Shown: positions 1 through 8,786 of the stretch, in pieces
How the letters are laid out: every line of letters starts with the position of its first letter
Position numbering within the stretch: position 1 is the first letter of the stretch
Source of the DNA: a virus
UHGV virus genome: UHGV-1354005
DNA: 41,941 nucleotides
Reading direction: 5' to 3' (one strand)
Program-made: the position numbers and the translations under genes
The notes under the pieces: generated by a model
The model's input: only the letters and a program-made list of their open reading frames with translations
The model's database searches: none
Told to the model about the DNA's origin: nothing

Positions 1-207
1 AGGACGTTACACCGTATATACGCGCGCGCGAATTTATAAGAGAGGAAAACAAAAACTTTTCTCTCTTCTGTATGACAATTTCAAAAAAAAAAAACATTGA
101 TTACTCTCTCGTTGCTTATTAGTATTGCTACATCGTTAGGAGCTACATGGTGTATTTCCTTCGATGTTTTGCCTTGAATCCAAAACAACCAATAACCAAT
201 AAATAGT

Positions 208-741
208 ATGGAACGAAAAAAAATAAACGGAGAGGAATTTCCGAAAAGCCTGTTGAGCGGATTTATTGCCTTGCTTGACAATAATCCTGTCAAGAGCGCC
301 ATGTTTATGGCTGATTTTGAAGAAATGAATGGTATCGGTTTTGACTTCAATCCTGATTGCAATGTCTGGTATAGAATCAAAGCTAACATTATCGACTCTG
401 TTGACGACTTAAAAGCTTCCGAAAAGGATAAAGTACGTCTTAGGAAGAAGTTTGCAGGTTTGGTCGGAATTCCTGTTTTTCATGTTGGTGAAAACTCTAA
501 ACATAATACGATTATGGTGGCTAGTCTGATGGGAGAAAAACTTCTTGGCTTGGATAAAAAGTACCTCTATAAGATTGAGTCCAAGCCTTACATGAAGAAT
601 CTGAAAAAATCACTCTTCGAGACTATTTCTTGGGACGAATTTATCAAACCTCTTATTTATCTCGTCCGTGGATTTGGGCTTGATAAGTGCTCTAGCTTCC
701 CTAGTATTGAGGCGAAGCGTTCCGATGAAGAAGAAGATTAA
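208..741 (+). CDS. hypothetical protein
   Basis: 177-aa ORF with mixed amino-acid composition. It lies at the end of the rightward gene set and has no recognisable motif. Confidence 0.4.
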   Translation: MERKKINGEEFPKSLLSGFIALLDNNPVKSAMFMADFEEMNGIGFDFNPDCNVWYRIKANIIDSVDDLKASEKDKVRLRKKFAGLVGIPVFHVGENSKHNTIMVASLMGEKLLGLDKKYLYKIESKPYMKNLKKSLFETISWDEFIKPLIYLVRGFGLDKCSSFPSIEAKRSDEEED

Positions 742-1099
742 CCTTGCAGTCTTGAATAACTTTTTAACGTTCCTGAACAATGTTCATGAGCTAACCGAGC
801 GAGGTTGGGTTCATGAGGCAACAGGGACAATGTATAAAAAGTGTTCAAAGCTTTTCGACACATTCAAAGAGTCCTATTCAGGCAATTCCCTAAGCCCCGA
901 TAAAGACATCGTTATGGAGGAGGTTTCCTTAACAGAGACGCCTAGTGATGACGAAGTTCTTGAGGTGCTTAGGGAAGAATGTGACGAGATTTGCGAATAC
1001 CTTTACGATGTAGCCGGACAAGAATCATTTTTAGTTTCACAAGTAGATGAAATTAAAACTGTTTTGAGTCAGCAACTATTTGTTGCTAGGAAGGTGTAG
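668..1099 (+). CDS. hypothetical acidic protein; true start probably the internal Met near 725
   Basis: 143-aa ORF with an acidic C-terminal half (DDEVLEVLREECDE). It overlaps the upstream ORF in another frame. A terminator follows it. Confidence 0.35.
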   Translation: MDLGLISALASLVLRRSVPMKKKINLAVLNNFLTFLNNVHELTERGWVHEATGTMYKKCSKLFDTFKESYSGNSLSPDKDIVMEEVSLTETPSDDEVLEVLREECDEICEYLYDVAGQESFLVSQVDEIKTVLSQQLFVARKV

Positions 1100-1225
1100 C
1101 AAAACCCTGCCATATGAGTTTATGAGCTAGGGTAAAAATCAATCCAAATCAAACAACTAATCATATAAAAGTAGGAAGTGTGGTATATACCGTAGGTCAA
1201 CCTTCCCGGCTCCCTCGTAAGACCT

Positions 1226-1268
1226 CCGCACTACGGGCGTAAAATGCGTTAGTAGTGCGGAGTTTTTG
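1226..1268 (+). terminator. rho-independent terminator-like hairpin
   Basis: Stem ccgcactac (1226-1234) pairs with gtagtgcgg (1252-1260), followed by a ttttt run. Confidence 0.5.
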
Positions 1269-1284
1269 TTTGTATAGGAAAACA

Positions 1285-1677
1285 ATGAATGTTATTTGTC
1301 CATGTATGAAGACAACTTACACGTTCGAAGCGCTAGTAGAGGCTGTTGCTGTTCAGGCTGGGTTAGATACTAGTGTTCCCGAAGACCACACCAAGGCGTG
1401 TGAGCTTGCCACATGGATGCTTGACGAAGGATATTCTTCTATCGTCCTGACTCATGCGGCAGAGTTTGCAGAGGAAAAGGGTGTTCCTGCCAAATGGATT
1501 GCCCTTGTCAGCGCCATCATTGGTGCTGTTATTGCCTTTTTCTGCACTACTGGTTGCGCCAACACATCGTTTACTTTGTCTGGTGAACAGGGTGGGCAGA
1601 TTAGCTATAGCGTTGACGAAAACGGGAACCTCATTATCTCCGGCAAGCCTCCTGTCGTCCAAAAACTCAAGAAGTGA
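1285..1677 (+). CDS. small membrane protein (single C-terminal TM helix); lysis-cassette candidate
   Basis: The ORF track starts at a GTG inside the terminator stem. The first ATG at 1285 gives MNVICPCMKTT. A hydrophobic stretch WIALVSAIIGAVIAFFCTTGC suggests a TM helix. Confidence 0.4.
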   Translation: MNVICPCMKTTYTFEALVEAVAVQAGLDTSVPEDHTKACELATWMLDEGYSSIVLTHAAEFAEEKGVPAKWIALVSAIIGAVIAFFCTTGCANTSFTLSGEQGGQISYSVDENGNLIISGKPPVVQKLKK

Positions 1678-1928
1678 CGTTAATGCCGACAACAAAAATT
1701 GCTTCTCTTCTTCAAGTTGTTAAGGATTATAAGGAGATTGTAATCCTGTTCGCTCCTTTGGTGTGTTGCTTCTTTCTGTATCAGGACAACGTAAAAATGC
1801 GGCAGGACATGCTAAAGTTGCAACAAGACCAAGCTCATGCGACATTGAAGATTTCAGAAGCAATGGCTCAACAGGTAGAGCTTATTCGGCGCATTGATTA
1901 TACTGTTACCTCTCTTCAAAACAAATGA
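1674..1928 (+). CDS. small single-TM protein with charged coiled C-terminus (holin/spanin-like candidate)
   Basis: 84 aa. It has a TM-like IVILFAPLVCCFFLY segment and then a charged tail. A 4-nt overlap with the upstream ORF suggests translational coupling. Confidence 0.35.
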   Translation: MTLMPTTKIASLLQVVKDYKEIVILFAPLVCCFFLYQDNVKMRQDMLKLQQDQAHATLKISEAMAQQVELIRRIDYTVTSLQNK

Positions 1929-2431
1929 ATGTCATTATCGCTATCGACAAGCAAGATAAAGTTCTAACTAATATCGCATCAAACCTAGTAGAACTTCTGG
2001 ATAAAGAGCTTCTAAATCCATCTCTGGACATAGTTCCTCTCACAAGGGATGTGAACCTGTTTATGTCTAACAGGTGGGACAATATGAAGGTTGATTTTAT
2101 CTTGCGGTTGCGGACATCATACGTCACTTCTAATCGCAGTACCTATCAGAAAATCGTCTCTTCAAATACTCAAGGGCCTTTTGGTTTCAGGCTTCTTCAT
2201 ACGTCGCTTTCGTTGTTGGAAAAAGAGGGGTGGGGACAATACGGATTCAACCCCTGCACAGAGTTTAAGGGCCTCCCCGGCTGGATTGATTTCATGGATA
2301 TTGAGCTTGCCAATATGGGCGACCCCAAAGATATTGCCGCTATCGGCGACGGAAAGGTTTTTGCTCAAAGCGCCGCTCAATGGATGAACAAGGCCGCAAA
2401 CTGGTTACGGATTGGCAGGAAGAAAAAATAA
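1925..2431 (+). CDS. hypothetical protein
   Basis: 168-aa ORF whose start is coupled (ATGA overlap) to the upstream gene. No recognisable motif. Confidence 0.4.
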   Translation: MNVIIAIDKQDKVLTNIASNLVELLDKELLNPSLDIVPLTRDVNLFMSNRWDNMKVDFILRLRTSYVTSNRSTYQKIVSSNTQGPFGFRLLHTSLSLLEKEGWGQYGFNPCTEFKGLPGWIDFMDIELANMGDPKDIAAIGDGKVFAQSAAQWMNKAANWLRIGRKKK

Positions 2432-2434
2432 CTG

Positions 2435-2788
2435 TCAGCCAAAAAAGAAATCATCTATTTTCTCCAACTCCATTTTAGACAAGGGAGCCTGTTTGTGGTA
2501 AGCGGAAATCCCCGCCCGTCTTGTCCTTCGGGGGTTTATCAGGTTAAGAGGAATACATCTCTTGGTTTTAAAGTCTTTTCTGTATAGCTCTGCCCGGCGT
2601 TGAAAGTGTTTGCTGGCCGCTAAACAAAAGTCCATAGCCTTGATTTTATTCCCCCTCAAAGTGTCCTTGATGAACATGTTAGGCGTATAATGGTATCTCT
2701 TGAGGAGCTTCCTTAGTCTCACTCCTTTAGCATAACCTCCGAGAACGTTATAAAACTGTTTATCGGTAAGCTTGTTTATGTATAGCAT
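2435..2788 (-). CDS. hypothetical basic protein
   Basis: 117 aa and rich in K/R. It is the last gene of the leftward operon. Confidence 0.35.
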   Translation of the reverse strand: MLYINKLTDKQFYNVLGGYAKGVRLRKLLKRYHYTPNMFIKDTLRGNKIKAMDFCLAASKHFQRRAELYRKDFKTKRCIPLNLINPRRTRRAGISAYHKQAPLSKMELEKIDDFFFG

Positions 2789-2793
2789 GCCTA

Positions 2794-3360
2794 TTATGCC
2801 AGCTGGAATTTTTTAGATGCCTCACGCTGGAACTCTGTGTAAGTTTCAGGGTAGCATAAACAATGGCCTAAACGAGAGAGGACGTATGCATCCGCTTCAT
2901 TGTTGTTGGATGTATCTACATCCCAGCGTTTGTAAACATTGGTCATCACCAGCCCTTTCTCTGCAACACCTTTCCCTGTTGCGAATTTTTTCAGGGTAGT
3001 CGGAGGGTAAACCAGAATATTGGACAATCCTGCATCAAACAGGTTTTGTTTCACAACGCCGCCAAGTTCTCCTAGGTGGACGATTTTCCCAAACTGCGAG
3101 AATGCATAATTCTCTATACACACCAGAACTTCGCTAGCGGGCCTGTAGGCCAATATTTGTTCTGCGGCGAGCTTTATATGGTTAGCGAACTCGGAGAGCC
3201 GCATAGGCCCCTTGTGGGGGCTTGTGAGGGTATATCTGTAGCCGTCCAGCTTGATGTCTTGGTAAAGGACGGAAAGCCCTGTTGCTGTCAGGGATAAATC
3301 CAGCCCAACCCAACAACTGAAATCTCTAAAAACGTTGGTGATTACTTTGTTTTTTTCCAT
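2794..3360 (-). CDS. RuvC-like Holliday junction resolvase
   Basis: Three RuvC-family motifs appear in canonical order. They are WVGLDLSLTATG (N-terminal catalytic Asp in the GxDxG..TG context), CIENYAF (catalytic Glu) and NEADAYVLS (C-terminal acidic motif, cf. DAADA). The 188-aa length also fits. Confidence 0.75.
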   Translation of the reverse strand: MEKNKVITNVFRDFSCWVGLDLSLTATGLSVLYQDIKLDGYRYTLTSPHKGPMRLSEFANHIKLAAEQILAYRPASEVLVCIENYAFSQFGKIVHLGELGGVVKQNLFDAGLSNILVYPPTTLKKFATGKGVAEKGLVMTNVYKRWDVDTSNNNEADAYVLSRLGHCLCYPETYTEFQREASKKFQLA

Positions 3361-3602
3361 GATTTTTTCTCTGATACTGGGAATCTGAAATCGACAAGCT
3401 CAAATCGGGAGTCCTTTTGAGTCATCACTATCCCCCCATTGCGGCTTCTTTTCAACACCACAACACCGAACACAGAGTTTTGTTCAAATTCTGTATCTGG
3501 ATTTTTCTGAATTTCGCAAATGGCTTCCGCTGTTGTATGCAAAACCTCTGCTTCTGGCTCTTTTTTCCTAGGAGGTCGCCCCCTTTTAGTTGTCTTTTCC
3601 AT
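3342..3602 (-). CDS. AT-hook DNA-binding protein
   Basis: The N-terminal KRGRPPRKK is a canonical AT-hook (GRP core). The protein is 86 aa. Confidence 0.5.
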   Translation of the reverse strand: MEKTTKRGRPPRKKEPEAEVLHTTAEAICEIQKNPDTEFEQNSVFGVVVLKRSRNGGIVMTQKDSRFELVDFRFPVSEKKSWKKTK

Positions 3603-3996
3603 ATTCTAGTTCTTGTTTTGCCAACCTATACGCCTCACGACCGTCTAGTCCGGGTGTTCTCATTTGGATTCCTACTGCTTTTTCAAGGCGTTTGAGGACA
3701 ATCTTACCTTTTTTGTCTATGATAGCAAGAGGGTCTTTGTAGCCGCTAACGATAAGTATTCTCATGCAAAGGATGATAACGTCTGCACATTCAAACGCCA
3801 TTTCCTTCTTGTTTTTGGCCGAAAGAAGTTCTTCTACCTCTTCCTTGAGATGTTTTTTGAGCTGTGGGACAGTCTCTTTAACCCCTAAAAATTTACTGAA
3901 AACATTACATATTTGTTTGGCTATATTGTACACTCTAACCTTCCTTTCATATTGAAACAAATCCATGCTACGCATTATCTCCTTTCGTATTGCCAA
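3586..3996 (-). CDS. MazG-like nucleotide pyrophosphohydrolase
   Basis: LKEEVEELLSA followed by EMAFECADVIILC matches the all-alpha NTP-PPase ExxE..ExxD metal-binding signature. Confidence 0.6.
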   Translation of the reverse strand: MAIRKEIMRSMDLFQYERKVRVYNIAKQICNVFSKFLGVKETVPQLKKHLKEEVEELLSAKNKKEMAFECADVIILCMRILIVSGYKDPLAIIDKKGKIVLKRLEKAVGIQMRTPGLDGREAYRLAKQELEYGKDN

Positions 3997-4418
3997 CTGG
4001 AAAGCTCTTCCTTGGCTTCACTTGCCTTTTTGTAGGCTTCCTCGGTTCCATAAATTTCAGAGGAAAAGAAGCAAGCAATCGTGCATTCATCGTCTATAGA
4101 TGTAGAGTAAACTTCATATCCTTCAACAACGTCGTTCTCGACATTTTCAGTCCTGTATTTTGCTCGTATTTTATAAAACGAATTTTTCATAATATTTTTT
4201 TTCTTTAGAATTTCTTTTGCTCTATCTATGGCTTCGGAGAGAGACGGATAGAGTTCTAGCTCTTCTTCTACTCTCCAAATATTTCGAAAATCGAGTGATG
4301 TCCACCTATTGATTTTATTTGCATACTTTAAATCTTTTTTTACAGTTACCTTGTAGTGATGATTTGTGCAACCAATAAGCAACACACCATCTTCTACCGA
4401 GTCAATAGTGTATTTCAT
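3975..4418 (-). CDS. hypothetical protein
   Basis: 147-aa ORF in the leftward operon with no motif recognised. Confidence 0.4.
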   Translation of the reverse strand: MKYTIDSVEDGVLLIGCTNHHYKVTVKKDLKYANKINRWTSLDFRNIWRVEEELELYPSLSEAIDRAKEILKKKNIMKNSFYKIRAKYRTENVENDVVEGYEVYSTSIDDECTIACFFSSEIYGTEEAYKKASEAKEELSSWQYERR

Positions 4419-4423
4419 AGTTT

Positions 4424-4777
4424 TTACTCGAAATCACCTTTCATCCAATAGTCAGGAAGATTATTGAAGGCTTTATTATCGGGATTACGCTTGCACCTAG
4501 TACACGAATTGGAGCGCAACCTTAACCACAAATGGGTACAGTTTTGGCAATGTTTTTTAGGTGTTTTGTTTGTAATATTCCTGCATATGCGGCGCCACCT
4601 CCAAGCGTCTTTCAGTACTTCTCCATAGTGCGATTTCTTGTCTCGGTAGGTGTGAAGCACATCCGGGGACAGAGGTATGCCTCTATCTTTCAACAGAGAA
4701 CGTATATAGGTGTGAATAACAACTGTCGTTGCCCATGCCGCACCATATTCCCAAAAAGATTTCTGTTCTTTGTTCAT
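4424..4777 (-). CDS. Cys-rich zinc-finger protein
   Basis: C-terminal CQNC..x..CTRC cluster in a 117-aa protein. Confidence 0.4.
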   Translation of the reverse strand: MNKEQKSFWEYGAAWATTVVIHTYIRSLLKDRGIPLSPDVLHTYRDKKSHYGEVLKDAWRWRRICRNITNKTPKKHCQNCTHLWLRLRSNSCTRCKRNPDNKAFNNLPDYWMKGDFE

Positions 4778-5039
4778 TTTCTTTTCACTTTGTATATGAT
4801 GTATTGGATAAGAATGACAAATAACAACACAATCGCAAGCGAGACAACGAGAATGTCTAATAAATCAACAATTATCATAGATTTTCACCCTTTTCTGGTT
4901 CGTCGTCGTTGCATTCTAAATAAACACGAATAGCCTCTAGGAAGCCTTTATACTTACCCGCAAGATAGAGGTAAAAACCAAAGGAACCAATGAGCGCTAC
5001 AAATACTACAGTCTGTAAAATGTCAAACATGGAGTCCTC

Positions 5040-5420
5040 CTAATATCCTCTTAGTTCTTCAACGTATTTTGTGACGTCTTCTATGTCGCCAAAGTCTTTA
5101 GTGCCTTGCTCAATAGCCTTTTTAAGTCTTTTTTCCAGCTCTTCTTGGGTGATTGTTTTCGGATGATGTGTAACCTTGTTTAAGTTTTTATGCATAACTA
5201 AGGAAGAGACAAGAATATCGGTTGCGAATCTCCTGATTCTTAAAAGAGTTTCTTCCTCCGAGAAACACGGGTCGAGTTGATAACCACACTTAGAACATTT
5301 AGGGATATATGCCTTCTTTCCAAAAGGATAGCCTTGTTTACCAAGGCCAGTACACACGATATCCTTAACAATGAAATACTCGTTATGACATATTGGGCAT
5401 TTTGGATTTTTTACGCTCAT
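5040..5420 (-). CDS. zinc-ribbon protein
   Basis: CPICH ... CSKCGY gives four Cys as two CxxC pairs. The protein is 126 aa. Confidence 0.45.
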   Translation of the reverse strand: MSVKNPKCPICHNEYFIVKDIVCTGLGKQGYPFGKKAYIPKCSKCGYQLDPCFSEEETLLRIRRFATDILVSSLVMHKNLNKVTHHPKTITQEELEKRLKKAIEQGTKDFGDIEDVTKYVEELRGY

Positions 5421-6562
5421 TTTTTAACTATCCTTTCTTTCTGTTTTTTTTCGACGATATAGCTTCCAAAGATTTTATTGAATTGTTCGTTCGATGCTTT
5501 TCTAGACTGCTTCCCGTTCACAATGTTTTGGTGTTTGTGAAAAGCCTCTTCCAGCTTAGAGACTGAAACACTAACGGCTTCCATCATGTCCCCTAGAGGA
5601 ATGACTTGCTGAACCCTAGATAACCCTTCGTTTTTAAAGCTACGAACCGTATTTCCTTCTTTTAAACCAAGGCCGTCAATCTCTTCGCCATTTTTCAGCA
5701 ACTCATAACATGATTCTTCTATCTCTTTGGCCACCTTCGAGGCCAATTTAGCTGTAAAATATAGCTTAGAGCGTTCTTCTGGATTCATTTGTTTCAGCTT
5801 AGAAGAAAAAGCTGTAGCGGGAGTAGTGATTGTTTGCACCACCTCTAACGGCTTTTTGCATTCAGCAAAACCCTTGCAGTACCTGCAATAGCTGTTAGCT
5901 TGAGGTGGAAGGTCCTTTTTGGTGCGTTCGCATATCTCAATGACTTCTTTTTCTGCCTCTTTGATGTCCTCTTCGCTGTACCTCACAATAACAGGATAAG
6001 AAGTCACCAGAGGTTGAACAATGGCACAAGAGACTGATTTTATTTTGCAGTCCTGATAATTCCTTTCGATGTGTTGCTTGCAACATAGGGCCAACCCTCT
6101 AAGCTGGTGGTTTATTTGTGTGGACTCCGGCTCTAAAGGCCCTGTCTTGTAGTCGATAATCAATAAATGAAATCCATCTTCGTCAGACTTGCCTAAAACC
6201 AAGTCGGGCTTACCAGAAAAGAGTGCATTATCCCCATCGAAAAAGAAACACCTTTCCTCCTTCATCAATTCCTCGAACTTGTCTTCTCCCGCCCAAATCG
6301 ACGCAACTTCGGTCACAATTCTTTTGCATGCAAGCATGAGGTTCGTCTCTTCTTCGGTGAGTAGTATGTTTTGGTATGCAAGGTATTGATGAATCCTGTT
6401 GCCTCTTTCAGCCATTTCAGAGGTTGTCTCTACTCCTTCAACGTCATATCTCAATGAGTGCGGACATAACGCAAGACGTGCTAGGCTGGAACATGAAGGC
6501 AATCCTTGTCTTTCCGTATCTTTTGTTTTCATTATTTCTCGTGTATTTTTTTTGTTATTCAT
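5417..6562 (-). CDS. PD-(D/E)xK nuclease of the Cas4/RecB-like family with Fe-S cysteine cluster
   Basis: GKPDLVL and LLIIDYKTG are motifs II and III of the D..(D/E)xK core. QLRGLAL is a QxxxY-like motif. There is an N-terminal Cys, and CRYCKGFAEC supplies three more Cys, the typical Cas4/AddB four-Cys cluster. A C-terminal extension of about 130 aa is of unknown function. Confidence 0.7.
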   Translation of the reverse strand: MNNKKNTREIMKTKDTERQGLPSCSSLARLALCPHSLRYDVEGVETTSEMAERGNRIHQYLAYQNILLTEEETNLMLACKRIVTEVASIWAGEDKFEELMKEERCFFFDGDNALFSGKPDLVLGKSDEDGFHLLIIDYKTGPLEPESTQINHQLRGLALCCKQHIERNYQDCKIKSVSCAIVQPLVTSYPVIVRYSEEDIKEAEKEVIEICERTKKDLPPQANSYCRYCKGFAECKKPLEVVQTITTPATAFSSKLKQMNPEERSKLYFTAKLASKVAKEIEESCYELLKNGEEIDGLGLKEGNTVRSFKNEGLSRVQQVIPLGDMMEAVSVSVSKLEEAFHKHQNIVNGKQSRKASNEQFNKIFGSYIVEKKQKERIVKK

Positions 6563-6782
6563 CTTCTGGCTCCCAATCTACATGCGCCTCAAACTCATAA
6601 TCCATACAATGTAAACAAGGTTGAAGATAATGAGCACGGTTCCAATATTTACAGTTTTCGCAGCTTTTGACAGGTTTTCTTTTTGAAAACTTGCGTGCAA
6701 TTTTAGACAGTAGATGTTTAAGCGTTTTCATTGTTTTCTTTCTTTTTGAATATTGGCGATTCTGGCGACTTGTCTTCTTCAT
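6555..6782 (-). CDS. small zinc-finger protein
   Basis: CENCKYW..x..CLHC in a basic 75-aa protein. Confidence 0.35.
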   Translation of the reverse strand: MKKTSRQNRQYSKRKKTMKTLKHLLSKIARKFSKRKPVKSCENCKYWNRAHYLQPCLHCMDYEFEAHVDWEPEDE

Positions 6783-7572
6783 TGGAGAAAGCTTCGTCTT
6801 TACTTATGGCCCCCGTTTTAATGGCGTTGAAGAGACCAATAAGCATTACGATTTCAGATTCCTTACTAGTCTCAATTTTGTGTTTAAGGTAAGCCTCAAG
6901 CATTTCTTTGGAGACTCCGATTTTGGAAAAGGCTATTACACATCCATTTATTCTTTCAGCAATGGGTGTATCTGTGGCTCTTAGCGTGTTTTGGCAAGCC
7001 TCTGCCGCCTCTTGCCTAATGAAGTCCGGTAATACCGCCCAAATGCACGCCCTGATGCGTCTAGAGGCCATATTAGCGCAAAGTTCATAAATGTCTCTAT
7101 CGGACGTAAGAGGATATCCACCGTCTTTTGTGTCCCTGTGGTGCGGAACAGAAAAGGCTATCTCCCTTCTTATGTTGTTTTCTTTGTCCCAACAGAAAGC
7201 TATACAGTCGGAGCAAACCCTTCCTTTTTCATCTACATGTTCACCTATCTTTCTCCACCCAGCTTCTGCGTTCCCATAAGCGGTAAGGCACGCATTTGCT
7301 AAATGGATTGTCTCTCCTGAAATACTAGAGCCTCCCCTTTTGTATTCGAAGAATGCGGTGTTAGCCAAATGACGGAACGAGCAAAGCTGTCTAATTTTGG
7401 AGGAAACCTCCATCATGTTTCTCGGCATTTGCTTTGCTATATATATAGAGGCAAGCGCCTCTAGCGATTCTTTGTTGGAAAGCACGTTAGCAAGCGGATT
7501 TCCAGCAAGAGGTGCTATCATGGACAAGCCTTCTGCCGGGACTGTGGTCAATTGTTCTTGGGTGTCTGACAT
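6718..7572 (-). CDS. hypothetical protein; possible single-strand annealing protein partner of the nuclease
   Basis: 284 aa, placed immediately upstream of and co-oriented with the Cas4-like exonuclease. That matches the classic exonuclease plus SSAP gene pair. No family motif was recognised. Confidence 0.3.
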   Translation of the reverse strand: MSDTQEQLTTVPAEGLSMIAPLAGNPLANVLSNKESLEALASIYIAKQMPRNMMEVSSKIRQLCSFRHLANTAFFEYKRGGSSISGETIHLANACLTAYGNAEAGWRKIGEHVDEKGRVCSDCIAFCWDKENNIRREIAFSVPHHRDTKDGGYPLTSDRDIYELCANMASRRIRACIWAVLPDFIRQEAAEACQNTLRATDTPIAERINGCVIAFSKIGVSKEMLEAYLKHKIETSKESEIVMLIGLFNAIKTGAISKDEAFSNEEDKSPESPIFKKKENNENA

Positions 7573-7599
7573 GCCCTCATTGTATCTTTTCTCTCACAC

Positions 7600-8046
7600 A
7601 TGGCAATCTTTTTTTATTTTTTTTCTTGTGCATGTCAAAACATGTGGTACAAAAACGACATGACGAAAGCACTACCAACAGAACAATTAGAAGCATTCTC
7701 CAAGTTCGCCAATACTAACGAAGCCCTTTGCAAGCTCATGATGCAACGGGTGGGGTTCAACATCACTCCAATGGTGTGGAATAAGGCTAAATGGATGCCT
7801 ACACAACTTTCCGTAAAGAAGCTCACGAACCTTCGAGCTTTTTATCCAGAAGCATTTGGTTTAGATGATGAACCTAATAAAGATTTTTTGAAATCTCTTT
7901 ATTACCTCCACATTTCAAATAGAACCTTCTCTGGGGAAATTACGCCGCTAATTGAGGACAAGGATTTTATTACCCATATGCCCTATGCTAACTTTGTTTT
8001 ACCCATTGACGATTTCACAAAAAACGCCCTTTCCAAATTCATGTAA
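7600..8046 (+). CDS. hypothetical protein (start probably the later ATG giving MTKALPTEQ)
   Basis: First gene of a short rightward unit, divergent from the leftward operon. Confidence 0.4.
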   Translation: MAIFFYFFSCACQNMWYKNDMTKALPTEQLEAFSKFANTNEALCKLMMQRVGFNITPMVWNKAKWMPTQLSVKKLTNLRAFYPEAFGLDDEPNKDFLKSLYYLHISNRTFSGEITPLIEDKDFITHMPYANFVLPIDDFTKNALSKFM

Positions 8047-8055
8047 AATCAGGAT

Positions 8056-8688
8056 ATGAATCACTATTCCAAGGACTATCCCTTAGAAGAAATGGAACGC
8101 ATTTCGGAACCCAAACTAGCAAAAGACTGCCTGAACTTAGAGAAACTATTGGAAGGATTAGCCAAAATACCGCAAACAACAGAACAGGAAGCGGAGGAAT
8201 GGCGGCGAAAAGAAAAAGAAAAAGAACGCATAGCATCATGGAAAAAACGATTGAGGCAATCCGGCGTGCCTCAAGGGTTTTATGATGCTTGCGTGAATGG
8301 AAAGATCGACAAGAGCCTAATATTTCCAAGCCTGAAAAATTTAAGTAGCGGGTGCTTATTTGTTTGCACCCCGGAAAAAGGTAAAACCTTTTCCGCATGC
8401 GCTTTGATATCGCAGGAATTATGGAATGGCAGGTCAGCTTTTTACTGGAAAGCTCCTGAACTGGAAAGAGAAATGGCCAGTTATAAAAAGGACGTGTGCC
8501 TGATAAATAGAGCGCAATCAACCCAGCTCTTAGTGCTGGACGATTTTGAGGGAGTGCGGATGAGTATGAATTCATCCTCCGATTTTATCGCCTTGCTAAA
8601 AAAAAGAAATGATTCTAATTTTTCAACAATTTTGAATTCAAGAAAACGAACCTTTTTTCTCGAACAGATAGAAGAGGCGGTAAGTTAG
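8056..8688 (+). CDS. DnaC/IstB-like AAA+ ATPase (helicase-loader-like)
   Basis: LFVCTPEKGKTFSA is a P-loop with a GKT core (cf. GPPGTGKTHLA). LLVLDDFEGV is a Walker B motif (cf. LLILDDLG). The protein is 210 aa. Confidence 0.5.
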   Translation: MNHYSKDYPLEEMERISEPKLAKDCLNLEKLLEGLAKIPQTTEQEAEEWRRKEKEKERIASWKKRLRQSGVPQGFYDACVNGKIDKSLIFPSLKNLSSGCLFVCTPEKGKTFSACALISQELWNGRSAFYWKAPELEREMASYKKDVCLINRAQSTQLLVLDDFEGVRMSMNSSSDFIALLKKRNDSNFSTILNSRKRTFFLEQIEEAVS

Positions 8689-8728
8689 TTTGTACTTAAC
8701 CCTTAGAAAACAAAAGTGTAATAAAAAA

Positions 8729-8759
8729 CCCCTGTAGCCTTTATTTTAGGCTACAGGGG
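8729..8759. terminator. bidirectional terminator hairpin between convergent genes
   Basis: cccctgtagcc and ggctacagggg form an 11-bp perfect stem around a tttatttta loop. An A-run lies upstream and a T-rich tract downstream. Confidence 0.5.
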
Positions 8760-8786
8760 TTGAATTTGGTGTATTTTTATGACAAA

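Noticed and set aside
22-31. (CG)5 alternating tract and the A12 run at 83-96 near the window start
   Set aside because: Both are short simple-sequence tracts in a non-coding leader. There is no evidence of function beyond possible Z-DNA or bent-DNA propensity.
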